Positions 21,808 through 33,749 of a stretch of 64,000 nt of DNA are shown piece after piece. The number at the start of each line of letters is the position of its first letter. Within the stretch, counting starts at the first letter, position 1. Below the pieces are notes generated by a model. That model had not been told where the DNA came from, did not search any database, and saw only the letters and a program-made list of their open reading frames with translations. This stretch comes from Heptranchias perlo (lineage: Eukaryota). The stretch is taken from contig NC_090338.1 of the NCBI RefSeq assembly GCF_035084215.1, positions 8,060,001-8,124,000 on the forward strand, given 5' to 3'. Position numbers and translations under genes: made by a program.

Positions 21808-24663
21808 CTAAGATGAGTTTGGAATGCATGTGCGTAAATGCACGTAGCATAGTAAATAAGATTGGTGAGCTGCAGGCACATGTCGCCATGTTGAACAATG
21901 ATATAGTGGCAAAAACAGAGACCTGGCTCAAAGAAAGGGAGCATTGGGAACTTATTATTTCTGGCTACAAGTATTCAGAAAAGGCAGGGAAGGGATAAAA
22001 CGAGGGGGCTGCAGTATTGATCAAAGAAACTATAGCACCGGAAAGGGATGATGTAGTTGAGGGGTCAAAGACAGAACCTACTTGGTTAGAATTAAGGAAC
22101 ACTAGAGGAGCTATTATGCTACTTGGTGTATACTATAAGCCACCAAATAGTGGGAAGGAGATAGAGGAAAAAAATTGCAGGCAAATTACAGAAAGATGCA
22201 CGAACTATGGAGTAATGAAAATGGGGCACTTCAATTATTCCAATATAGACTGGGATAGTAACAGTGTAAAGGGCAAAGAGGGGGAGGAATTCCTGAAATG
22301 CAAACAAGAGAACTTTTTGATCAGTGTGTTTCCAGCCCAACGAGGAAGGAAGCAGTGCTCGATCTAGTTCTGGGGAATGAAGTGGGGCAAGGAGAGCATG
22401 TTTCAGTGGGGGAGCATTTGGGGAACAGTGATTATAATATCATCAGGTTTAGAATAGTTATGGAAAAGAACAAGGAACAACCACATGTAAAACTACTTAT
22501 CTGGAGGAGGGCTAATTTCAGTGAGTTAAAGGATCTGGCCCAGGTAGATTGGAATTAAAAATTGGCAGGCAAACCAGTAATTGAACAATGGGAGGCCTTC
22601 AAGGAGGAGATGGTTCGGGTACAGTGTAGACATTTTCCCATTAGGGTCAAAGGAAAGGCATCCAAAGCTAGAGCTCCCTGGATGACTAAAGATATAGAGA
22701 GTAAAATAAATCAGAAAAGGGAGGCTTATGACAAATGTAAGGTTCATAATACAGTAGAGAACCAATTTGAATACAGAAAGTAAAGAGTTCTAAAAAAGGA
22801 AATAAGAGGGGCGAAGAGAATATGAAAATAGATTAGCGGCTAACATTTATAAAAGACAGCCGAAAAGTCTTTTATAAATATATAAATAGCAAAAAGGTAG
22901 TCGAGGAAAGGTTGGGGCCGATTCGGGACAAAAAAAGAGATGGTCAACTGGAGGTTGAGAGCATGGCTGGGGTTCTAAATGAATACTTTGCATCCGTCTT
23001 CATTAGAGAAGAGGAAGCAGTAAAGGATGAAGTAATTGCAATATTGGATAGGATAAAAGTAGATAAAGAGGAGGTACTTAAAAGGTTGGCATCACTCAAA
23101 GTAGAAAAGTCACCCGGTCTAGATGGGACACATCCCAGGTTACTGAGCAGAGTAATGGTGGAAATTGCAGAGGCTCTGGCCATATTCTTCTAATCCTCTT
23201 TAGATATGGAGGCTGTGCCAGGACATTGGATGATTGCAAATGTTACGCATCTGTTCAAAAAAGAGGAGAGGGATAGACCCAGGGACAATTACAGGCCAGT
23301 CAGCCAAACGTCGGTTCTGGGGAAACTTTTAGAGACAATAATCCGGGAGAAAATTAATTGGTACTTTGAAAAGTATGGGCTAATAAATGAAAGTCAGCAT
23401 GGATTTGTTAAAGGGAAATCGTGTTCGACTAACTTGATTGAGTTCTTTGATGAAGTAATGGGGAGGTATGATAAGGGTAGTGTGGCTGATATTGTGTATA
23501 TGGACTTTCAAAAGGCATTTGATAAAGTACCACATAATCGACATGTTAGCAAACTTAAAGCCCATGGGATTAAAGGGACAATGGCAGCGTGGATACAAAA
23601 CTGGCTTGGGGACAGGATGCACAGAGTAGTGGTGAACGGTTGTTTTTCAGACTGGAGGGAAGTATACAGTGGTGTTCCCCAGGGCCAATAGGTCCACTGC
23701 TCTTTTTGATATATATTAATGACCTGAACTTAGATGAATAGGGTATAATTTCAAAGTTTGCAGTTGACACAAAACTCGGAAATGTAGTAAACATTTAGGA
23801 GGATAGTAAGAGCCTTCAGGAGGGCATAGACAGACTGGTGAAATTTGCAGCCCCATGGCCGATGCTATTTAACACAGAGAAGTGTGAAGTGTTACATTTT
23901 AGTAGGAAGAATGAGGCGAGGCATTATGATCTAAATGATGCAATTTTAAATGGAGTGCAAGAAGAGAGAGACCTGGGGGTGTATGTACACAAATCTGTGA
24001 AGGTGGCAGGACAAGTTGGGAAGGCTGGTAGAAAAGCCCAAGGGATCACTGGCTTTATTAATAGAAGCATACAGTACAAAAGCAAGGAAGTTATGCTAAA
24101 CCTTTATCAAACAATGGTTAGGTCTCAGCTGGAGTATTGTGTTCAATTTTGGGCAGCTCACTCATGTGAAGGCATTAGAGAGGGTGCAGAAGAGATTTAC
24201 TAGAATGGTACCAGGGATGAGGCACTTCAGTTATGTGGAGAGACTGGAGAAGCTGGGGTTGTTCTCCTTACAGCAGAGAAGGTTAAGAGGAGATTTAATA
24301 ATGGTATTCCAAATAATGAACGGTTTTGATAGAGTAAGTAAGGAGAAACTGTTTCCAGAGGCAGAACAATCGGTAACCAAGGTCATAGATTTAAAGTGAT
24401 TGGCAAAAGAACCAGATGTGACATGAGCAAAAAGAATATGCGGCCCATTGTTGTGATCTGGAATGTACTGCCTGAGAGGTTGGTGGAAGCAGATTCAATA
24501 GTAACTTTCACAAGGGAACTGGATAAATACTGGAAGGAAAAAATATACAGGGCTATGGAGAAATAGCAGGTGAGTGGGACTGTTTGCATCAAGCCGGCAT
24601 AGGCACGATGGACCGAAGGGTCCCCTTCTGTGCTGCATCAATCTACAATTTTATGATCTATGA
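21808..24663 (+). mobile_element. CR1 LINE with near-complete degenerate ORF2 (APE-RT)
   Basis: CVNARSIVNK, TETWL, NYRPVS, SQHGFVKGKSC, YMDFQKAFDKVPH, GVPQG and RLRGDLI motifs; tatgatctatga tail. Confidence 0.93.
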
Positions 24664-24990
24664 TATATCCAGTTCCCTTTTGAAAGTTACTTTTGAATCT
24701 GCTTCCACCACATTTTCACGCAATGCATTCCAGATCAAAACAACCCACTACAGAAAAAAAATCTCCTCATCTCCCCTCTGGTTCTTTTGCCAAATATCTT
24801 AAATCTGTGCCCACTGGTTACCGACCCTCATGCCAGTGGAAACAGTTTCTCCTTATTTACTCTGGCAAAATTCTTCATAAATTTGAACGCTTCTATTCAA
24901 TCTTGCTTAGCATTCTTTGCTCTAAGGCGAACAATCGCAGCTTTTCTAGTCTCTCTACAATAATTGAAGTCTCTCATCACTGGTATCATT
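24664..24990 (-). mobile_element. Remainder of the minus-strand CR1 begun at 21683
   Basis: Reverse complement of the CR1 ORF2 C-terminus (ttaaatctgtgccc, aacagtttctcctta). Confidence 0.75.
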
Positions 24991-25039
24991 GCTGTTCCAC
25001 AATAATGTGCACCAGAAACCCCTACGTTCATAATATTAT

Positions 25040-25950
25040 TGGAGCAGAGTGTCTGTAAGAGTATTACATTTTCTAATGATACCATGCTATGTGGGTAGGT
25101 AACTAGGAAGTGAGATTGTTTATATTTAGGAAGACTTTAGCTAATTATTAGAAGCATGCAAATATGAGAGGTAGATTTTAATACTGATAAATTTAGGGCG
25201 ATGCATTTGAGACTAAGTAACGGCAAACATGTGCATAACGTGAAAGGGTGTCCACTGGCAAGGGCTATGGAAGAATAGGATTCGCAGAAAATATTGATCA
25301 ACCCCATAAAATACATCGCCAGCGTGAAACTATTATAAACAAGGTAAATCATGAGCAGACATACACCTCAAAAGAATTGGAATACAAATCTAAACATGTT
25401 AAGGAACATTGTACAGAAGCTAATTTGGAGCAAGGCGCAATTTTGGTTAACCTAGTAAACAGGATATATTTTACATTGGAAAACCCTTCAGGGACCATTG
25501 TGCAGGATAATTCCACACCGTAAGTTGTGAAGGAAGGATAAACTTTTTTTTTTGTTGGGGAGAGTGAGAGGGACGTGTTAATGAAAAGTGTAGACGAGGG
25601 ACGTATTCTATTTAAGTCGAACAGTGATTTTAGGACTAGAGGACACAAGTACAAACTTCACAAACCAGCCTCCTGTAAGATTAGAGGTTAGAAAATATAT
25701 CACAATGATAGTGACCAATTGGAACAAACTCTCAAAGTAGTGGACTAGGGCTTTCTCCCTATCTTAAAAGATTCAGAGCAACACTATTCAGAAGGAAGAT
25801 TTGTTGTTATAGAGATAGAGAAGATAGGAGAAGTAACTTAGCGTTGGTTTAATGTAAGGGTTGGACAATTGGTTCTGCGTGGGAATCCAGGATAGAATAA
25901 TCATAGAGTCTGGCTGAAGTTGGCATAATAGTATTTTCTCGTTCCAGACT
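25040..25950 (+). mobile_element. Highly degraded ancient CR1-like remnant
   Basis: Scattered CR1-like words: tttaatactgataaatttagggcgatgcattt, ggaatacaaatctaaa, ggactagaggacacaagtacaaact. Confidence 0.4.
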
Positions 25951-26204
25951 TACTGGTTTTGTTATAGTTCACATTCTGTATTCTTTTCAGGAAAATGGCG
26001 AAAAACCCAGACTAAGGATACGCCCCGTATACGGTACTGTGCAAAGAAAATCTGACAACCGAATAGATTTCTTGCGTGCCGCTAATTAGGAAGACAATCT
26101 GTATCAGATTGCTTGAGTTGAGGTAATTCGTACTCGAAAAGATGATAATACCCTCACAGTCCTGAGCAAAAATATCGGAAAGGATTCTGCAGTGTGGGAG
26201 ATCT

Positions 26205-26960
26205 CGGAGTTGAATATTCGTGTTTCCGGATTTCCGCGGTTTTTCCGCCACAATTACAGCGGACCAGCGGGGAAAGCGCCGCGGAAAGTGCCCCCGCCCC
26301 CCTCGCAATTAAAACTGCCCACGTGAATTACTCCGTTCCAGGTGAACTGAAAGCACTATACGGGCTGATTTTCACTTGCTGATTTTCACTTGTCTTTTCC
26401 AGCGTTAACAGGGGAGTATCGGCCTCAAAACCGAGGAACAGACGGGCGACATTTTGAAAGGGACCTGCCGCTCGACATCTGAGGCACCAGCCTGTATCGA
26501 GCAGGAGGCCACTTTTAGTATACAAATTGAGGTCCTGGGACTCCGATTGGTATTTTAGGTCGGTCGGAACATGCATGGCGCACTCTCCAACCAGTTTCAC
26601 AGGTGATGGAGCCAAAGAGGGCCAACAAAGGTAAGTTTGGAATTATTTTTGTGGGGCCAGGAGGAGTAGGAATTCGTCTCCGGTTCCCGCAAAAATGATC
26701 TGGGCTGCTGCTGCCTCGGAAACTCCCCCTCTTTGATTGCGACCTCCTCTCAAACTTACCATTTTGGCGGCAGGGGCTGCCTGATATTGGTAGACCTCGA
26801 TCTGGCAAACTGCATCAAACCGCCTACTTGTTGCCCTGCAACTCACCGGCCTGAGGTAAATGAGGAGAAGCCGAAAATCACCACCACCTCTTTACGTAAA
26901 GCGAGGGCAACCAGACAACAGGTTCCTTAACTCGGGGGCCCAAAAGTTAAAATCAACCCT
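26205..26960. mobile_element. GC-rich putative non-autonomous DNA transposon
   Basis: CpG-rich island in an AT-rich spacer with imperfect terminal inversion (ggagttgaatatt / aaaatcaaccc); no coding similarity seen. Confidence 0.3.
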
Positions 26961-26961
26961 T

Positions 26962-27127
26962 ATGGGGGTGAAATTAGACTTCGGCGGTAGCACAAGACGT
27001 GTGATAGTGACTGGGGGAGTCAAAGATTTGAAGTCAATGAAAAAGAAAACCAGTTGAGATGTAAAACAGGTTGCCGGTTGGTTATCACTCAATTTGCACT
27101 GCCACGAAAAATCAATTTCACCCCCAT
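26962..27127. mobile_element. MITE with perfect 14-bp terminal inverted repeats
   Basis: ATGGGGGTGAAATT (26962-26975) and AATTTCACCCCCAT (27114-27127); internal ttgaagtcaatg core. Confidence 0.75.
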
Positions 27128-27242
27128 TTATGCCTGGAGACTTCGACTAGACTTTTGTCGCAAACATAATCTCCTGTTCAGGCGCACCATGGTCTCAGTC
27201 TGGACCAATTTCAGCAGCAATTTCCGGAGTGGCAAAGACTTT

Positions 27243-27427
27243 TAGAGGATGAAATTCATCTCGAGTGGTAGAACAAAATGGGCGGTATTGGCATCCCGTT
27301 TTACACCCCGCCTAATTTTCGTTTCCTTTGAAGTCAATGGAAAAGAAAATCGTGTGGGGTGTAAAATGGGCGGCTGATGCGCTATTGCCCGTTTTAGGCC
27401 GCCACCCAAGATGAATTTCACCCCCTA
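27243..27427. mobile_element. Palindromic MITE of the same family
   Basis: tagaggatgaaattcatct ... agatgaatttcacccccta; nested inverted arms (ttttacacccc/ggggtgtaaaa) around ttcctttgaagtcaatggaa. Confidence 0.75.
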
Positions 27428-27721
27428 CAAGTCCTCACTTCTCCGAAGATTGTTTTCGCTGAAAGCTCATTTTAAAGACTATTGCACAATTATTCTCGGC
27501 ACAGATTTTAAAGAAAATATTATTTGTTCTGCAAAGGAACATTTTGGTTACTTCTTGCTTGAGTAGTTAGATTTTAAATTCAGATCGCAGGAGCAGCCAG
27601 ATATATTTTGATCTGGCAAAGGCTAGTTGGTTATCCCTTTGTTCATGTGCTGCTTGTGCAGAGAGATTTATGAACCTTCTTGCTATGTAGCGAATTTGTG
27701 TTTGTTTTTGTGTGTTTTTTT

Positions 27722-29690
27722 AAATTCATTCATGGGATGTGGGCGTTGTTGGCGAGGCAATCCCTACTTGCCCTTGAGAAGGTGGTGGTGTGCCACCTTC
27801 TTGAACTGCTGCAATCCGTGTGGTGACGGTTCTCCCACAGTGCTGTTAGGAAGGGAGTTCCAGGATTTTGACCCAGCGACAAGGAACGGCGATATATTCT
27901 CCAAGTCAGGACGGGAACGTGCAGGTGGTGTTGCTCCCATGTGCCTGCTGCTCTTGTCCTTCTAGGTGGTAGAGATCGTGGGTTTGGGAGGTGCTGTCGA
28001 AGAAGCCTTGGCAAGTAACTGTAGTGCATCCTGTGGATGGTACACACTGTAGCTACAGTGTGCCAGTGGTGAAGGGAGTGAATGTTTAGGGTGGTGGATG
28101 GGGTGCCAATCAAGCGGGCTACTTTGTACTGGATGGTGTCGAGCTTCTTGAGTGTTGTTGGAGCTGCACTCATCCAAGCGAGTGGAGAGTATTCCATCAC
28201 ACTCCTGACTTGTGCATTGTAGATGGTGGAAAGGCTTTGGGGAGTCAGGAGGTGAGTCACTTGCAGCAGAATACCCAGCATCTGACCTGCTCTTGTAGCC
28301 ACAGCACTTACATGGCTGGTCCAGTTAAGTTTCTGGTTAATGGTGGCGCCCAGGATGTTGATGATGGGGGATTCGGCGATGGTAATGCCGTTGAATGTTA
28401 AGGGGAGGTGGTTAGATTCTCTCTTATTGGAGATGGTCATTATCTGGCACTTGTCTGGCGTGAATGTTACTTGCCTCTTATGAACCCAAGCCTGGATGTT
28501 GACCAGGTCTTGCTGCATGTGGGCACGGACTACTTCATTATCTGAGGGGTTGCAAATGGAACTGAACACTGTGCAATCATCAGTGAACATCCCCATTTCT
28601 GACCTTATGGTGGAGGGAAGGTCATTGATGAAGCAGCTGAAGATGGTTGGACCAAGGACACTGCTCTGAGGAACTCCTGCACCAATATCCTGGGGCTGAG
28701 ATGATTGGCCTCCAACAACCACAACATCTTCCTTTGTGTTAGGTATGACTCCAGCCACTGGAGAGTTTTCTCCCTAATTCCCATTGACTTCAACTTTACT
28801 AGGGCTCCTTGGTGCCACACTCGGTCAAATGCTGCCTTGATGTCAAGGGCAGTCACTCTCACCTCACCTCTGCAATTCAGCTCTTTTGTCCATGTTTGGA
28901 TCAAGGCTGTAATGAGGTCTGGAGCCGAGTGGTCCTGGCAGAACCTAAACTGAGCATTGGTGAGCAGGTTATTGGTGAGTAAGTGCCGCTTGATAGCACT
29001 GTCGATGACACCTTCCATCACTTTGCTGATGATTGAGAGTAGACTGTTGGGATGGTAATTGGCCAGATTGGATTTGTCCCGCTTTTTGTCGACAGGACAT
29101 ACTTGGGCAATTTTCCACATTGTCGGGTAGATGCCAGTGTTGTAGCTGTACTGGAACAGTTTGGCTAGAGGTGTGGCTAGTTCTGGAGCAGAAGTCTTCA
29201 GCACTACAGCCGGGATGTTGTCGGGGCCCATAGCCTTTGCTATATCCAGTGCACTCAGCTCTTTCTTGATATCACGTGGAGTAATCGAATTGGCTGAAGA
29301 CTGGCTTCTGTGATGGTGGTGATATCAGGAGGAGGCCGAGATGGATCATCCACTCGGCACTTCTGGCTGAAGATGGTTGCAAACGCTTCAGCCTTGTCTT
29401 TTGCACTCACGTTCTGAACTCCACCATCATTGAGGATGGGGACGATTACAGAGCCTCCTCCTCCCGTCAGTTGTTTAATTGTCCACCATCATTCACGACT
29501 GGATGTGGCAGGTCTGTGGAACTTTGATTTGATCCGTTGGTTGTGGAATTACTTAGCTTTGTCCGTAGCATTCTGTTTACGCTGTTTAGCATGCATGTAG
29601 TCCTGAGTTGTAGCTTCATCAGGTTGGCACCAAATTTTTAGGTACGCATGGTTCTGCTCCTGGCATGCTCTTCTACACTCCTCATTGAAC
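27722..29690 (-). mobile_element. Non-LTR retrotransposon family B (CR1/L2-superfamily RT), 5'-truncated
   Basis: GPDNIPAVVLK, LDIKAAFDRVWHQG, GVPQSSVLGP and FTDDCT motifs; 3' end gcccacatcccatgaatgaat. Confidence 0.92.
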
Positions 29691-29804
29691 TCCTTGTTGA
29701 CATTGCCAATCCACGTTTCTACAGGTTGATATTGCCAATACAGGTTTCTTTGTAATGCTAGCTGTTGCTACTACTGGGTACTGCTGTTAATTTAAAAAAA
29801 TGTT

Positions 29805-31265
29805 TTCATTCTAGGGATTTATGCATGCTGGCAAGGGAAGCATTTATTTTCCACCCCTAGTTGCCCTTGAGAAGGTGGTGGCGAGCTTTCTTTGTGAACC
29901 CTGCTGCAGTCCATTTGATGAGGGGACTCCCAAAATGGGGTTCCTGAATTTTGAACAAGTGATAGTGAAGGAATTGCGATATATGTCCATGTCAGGATGC
30001 TGTGACTTGGAGACGAACTTGCAGGTGATAAGAACAGAAGAACATTAGAAACAGGAGAAGGATTAGGCCATATGGCCCCTCAAGCCAGTTCCGCAGTTCA
30101 ATAAGTTCAAGGCTGAACTTCGGCCTCAATTCCACTTTCCCGCTTGATCCCCATATCCCTTGATTCCCCTAGAGTCCAAAAATCTATCTATCTCAGCCTT
30201 GAATATATTCAACGACTCAGCAGCCACAGCCCTTTGGGGTAGAGAATTCCAAAGATTCACAACCCTCTGAGTGAAGAAATTCCATCTCATCTCAGTCTTA
30301 AATGGTCAACCCCTTATCCTGAGACTATGTTAGTTCTATGTTAGACTACCCTAGTTCTAGACTCTCCAGCCAGGGGAAACAACCACTTAGCATCGATCCT
30401 GTCAAGCCCCCTCAGAATCTTAAATGTTACAACGGGATCAGGTCTCATTCTTCTAAACTCCAGAGAATGTAGGCCGATTTTTCTCAAATCTCCTCATAGG
30501 AAAACCCACTCATCCCAGGAATCAATCTAGTGAGCCATCGTTTCACCACCTCTAAGACAAATATATCCTTCCTTAGATAAGGAGATCAAAACTGTGCACA
30601 ATACTAAAAGTTGGTCACACCAAAGCCCGGTACAGTTGTAGCAGGACTTGCTTACACTTGTATTCCCACCCTCTTGCAATAAAGGTCAACACGCTATTTG
30701 CCTTCCTAACTGTTTGCTGTGCCTGCATGCTAACTTTCTGTGTTTCTGTTACGAGGTCACCCAAATCTCTCCGAACACCAACGTTTAATAATTTCTCACC
30801 ATTTAAAAAATATTCTGTTTTTCTATTCTGATGGAGTTCCCATGCACATGCTGCCCTTGTCCTTCTAGATGATGGGTGTCATGAGTTTGGGAGGCGCTGC
30901 CAAAGAAGCCTTGGTGACTTGCTGCAGTGCATCTTGTAGATAGTACGCACTGCAACCACGGTATCTCGGTTGGTTGTTAGCATGCATGTTTACACTAGTA
31001 GATGGGATGCTGATCAATCAGACTGCTTTGTCCTGGATGGTATCGAAGTTCTTGAGTGTTATTGCAGTTGCATCCACCCAGGCATATGGAGAGTAATCCG
31101 TCACACTGCTGATTTATGCCTTGTAGGTGATGGAGATGTTTTGGGGAGTCAAAAGTTGACTCACTCACCAGAGAATACCTAGCCTCTGACCTGCTCCAGT
31201 AGCCATGGCACTTATTTGGCTGGTCCAGTTGAATTTCTGGTCAATGGTTAGCCCCAGGATTATGT
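29805..31265 (-). mobile_element. Older degraded family-B LINE 3' part, split by a CR1 at 30030-30828
   Basis: ttgcccttgagaaggtggtg, gcagtgcatcttgtagat and gctggtccagttgaatttctggtcaatggt match the copy at 47788-48450. Confidence 0.75.
30030..30828 (-). mobile_element. CR1 LINE 3' fragment nested in the family-B copy
   Basis: aagaacagaagaacattagaa tail and CR1 C-terminal sequence; TSD TGAT (30026-30029, 30829-30832). Confidence 0.82.
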
Positions 31266-31399
31266 GGTAATAATGTTGTAGGGCATTCAGAAAGTCAGTG
31301 GACGGAGTGGGTCAAATGGTAGGACTTTTACTGTGCTAGGCGGAGGGTTTGCTTAGCAGAATCTCTCCTTAAGAACTTTTTGCCTTACAGCTCTGGCAG

Positions 31400-31780
31400 C
31401 TGGCAGCAATGTTCGGCCTTGGTCTTCCTCATCATTCTCTTCTTCATCGCCCCTTCTTCATCTTGCTCCTGCACTTCTTCCTCCTGTGTTAGCTGCCAGG
31501 CTTGGCTTCTCTAAATGGCATAGCTGTGTAGCATGCAACAAAGCACTACAAATCTGTAGGTTCACTGGGAGCTAAATTGTAAGACTCCACCGGATCGGTC
31601 CAGGCACAGCAACCTTTGTTTGAGGACGCCTATGGTTTGCTCAATGAGAGCTCTGGTGTGATTGTGGCTCTCATTATATCGGTGCTCCGCATCTGTACCC
31701 GGGTTCCTGCCTGGAGTCATGAGCCAGGTGTAGAGGGGATACATCCTGCCTCCAATCTTTTTCGGTGCTCCTGCATACAA
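31400..31780 (-). mobile_element. PIF/Harbinger (HARBI1-like DDE) transposase remnant
   Basis: YPLYTWLMTPGRNPGTDAEHRYNESHNHTRALIEQTIGVLKQRLLCLDRSGGVLQFS, then *..FVVLCCMLH and an acidic tail, the typical DDE_Tnp_4 C-terminal half. Confidence 0.85.
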
Positions 31781-31789
31781 TCACATAAT

Positions 31790-33400
31790 ACAATCATAAT
31801 GTAGTTTTTGACTAATCATGGCAATTAATCTCTATCAATTCCTCTACAACAGTCCCAGAAATCATACGAGAAAACGCTCAGTGGTGGAGAGCTTTGGGAA
31901 CCATAGGTCCAAAATCGCCTTTTTGCTTCCAAGCATGCTACACTTACCAAATGTCATGACGCAAATTAATCACATACAGTATACCAAAATTTTATTTTCT
32001 TTAGTTCCAGGATTAACCAAAACAGCTATCTTATAAACAAGCATATTTAAACCCATTTATGTCTTGGTTGCAAAGTAATTTCAATGAATTTCCTGTCACT
32101 GTTTTGTAGTAGCTGCAGCTCAGAATTCGATTTGCGACTCTGCATCACACTGTATGTGCAATTCACACCATGCAACAGAATTATCCCACGGCTTTCACAC
32201 TCAAAAAGAAGAAGGGACGGTCTTAAGAATCTACAGGAGACTAAAATTTTGCATTGGGTAAAAATATTGCAAGAGATTGGAATCTACTGCACTTTATTGT
32301 CGTCAATTCAACAATTGCGTCTTTGGTTCCTTGCGATTGTTCCAGGAACTTGTTTAGTCTTCTTGCTTTCGCTGAATACTTTCAATGAGTCATCAACGAT
32401 CACAACCAAATCTGTTTTTTTTTGTTGCTTTTTGCGTATCCGGACCCAACCTCTGTATTCAAGTTTAATATTTCCTTTACCAATATGCAATACCGTACAT
32501 TTTTCACATCCAGAGAAAATTATAGTCTAACACTTATACTTCTGGACAAGGGAGAAAGCAACCATTCCAATCTTTTCTATTTTGGTAAATATGTTTTACG
32601 TTAATGATACATAACAAATATACCAGTTTAATGCTCATAACGCCCTCTGCAATTGACTGAATGAAACATCTAGCGGAGTCTCGCAATTCGCTTGTACAAC
32701 TTCTTGTGCGTACAATAGTGCCATGCTCGGTCTAAATAAATTATTCGAATTTCCTTAATATCTTTTGAACCATTCTTTCAGTTAAAAAAGTAGATCAGGC
32801 AAAATAGGAAAAAATAACTTTGATAACGTCACATCTAATTCTTCCACATTCAGTTCGTCACTCAAAAGCTTTTGGTACGTCGGAAGAGAAGAGTCAGAAT
32901 GACGAGCAGGAGGTCATAACATGGGGGAGGGAGGCGTTCCGGTTGTTTGTTTAGACTAGCGAGCAGCTAATTGCTAGTTTGGTATTTTTGTGCTTACGAT
33001 CCGCTTGAAATTCTGAACGTCGGATGTCTTCACCAATGCGCGTAGTACATCGTTACGCACAGCGACCCGACGCATTCCGAGGCCAAGCACTTGGGTCAGT
33101 ATTGTATGACTGAAGATAAGTGATACTCGCAGCAGGCTTTCGCTGCTGCCCAGCGTGGTGTCTGTGCATTTGTTATAGGAAGCTCCATATGGACGCCTCT
33201 AGATTGTATTATGCAAGCCAGAAAATAGACTAATTAAAGATAAAATATATCTGGAATGGACCTGGTGCTGATGCACAAGATATAATTATGCGGAACATCA
33301 GCAATCTCGACTGAATAGAAAATATTAAGCTGGTTTTAAAAATGAGCAACACGATCTAATATGTGTCTGGAGATTTTGGTTGCATAGTCTTAAATATAGA
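31790..33400 (+). repeat. Duplicated upstream region of V4, paralogous to 38775-39725
   Basis: Shared blocks cagtggtggagagctttgggaaccataggtccaaa, ctgcagctcagaattcga and gcacagcgacccgacg.attccgaggccaag. The second copy lacks about 32290-32930. Confidence 0.85.
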
Positions 33401-33431
33401 GGTTTGCTGTATTATAAATCTGAATAAGTCC

Positions 33432-33500
33432 AGCTTTAAGAAATGGTTGGTGCAGTTATTGGTTGAGACTCTTTGCGTCGCTGTCTACCAATTAGAAGCT
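33432..33500 (+). promoter_or_regulatory. CSE (CGCT box) of V4
   Basis: AGCTTTAAGAA...TGCAGTTATTGG...GCGTCGCTGTCTACCAAT; CGCT at 33479-33482, CCAAT at 33488-33492. Confidence 0.85.
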
Positions 33501-33749
33501 GAGACGTTGCAAAGGATCTACCCCATCCCCCATCAGTGAAACGCAGAACAGAATCGAAGAGAGACAGACAGAGAGATTCAATGTCTGCGTTTCTGTTGTG
33601 CGGCCATATTCAGAGATACGGTTCAGGCTTAATATTTGCATTTCTCGGTTGAACATCGGCGATCGAGTTATTTGAGGCACAATACTCTAGTTAATATAAC
33701 CGATTGACAGAGACTTTGATATTTTTACAACAAAATCCAGCCCAGAACA

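Noticed and set aside
31562-31780. Domesticated HARBI1 gene
   Set aside because: It is a short fragment with an in-frame stop and no N-terminal half, consistent with a transposon fossil.
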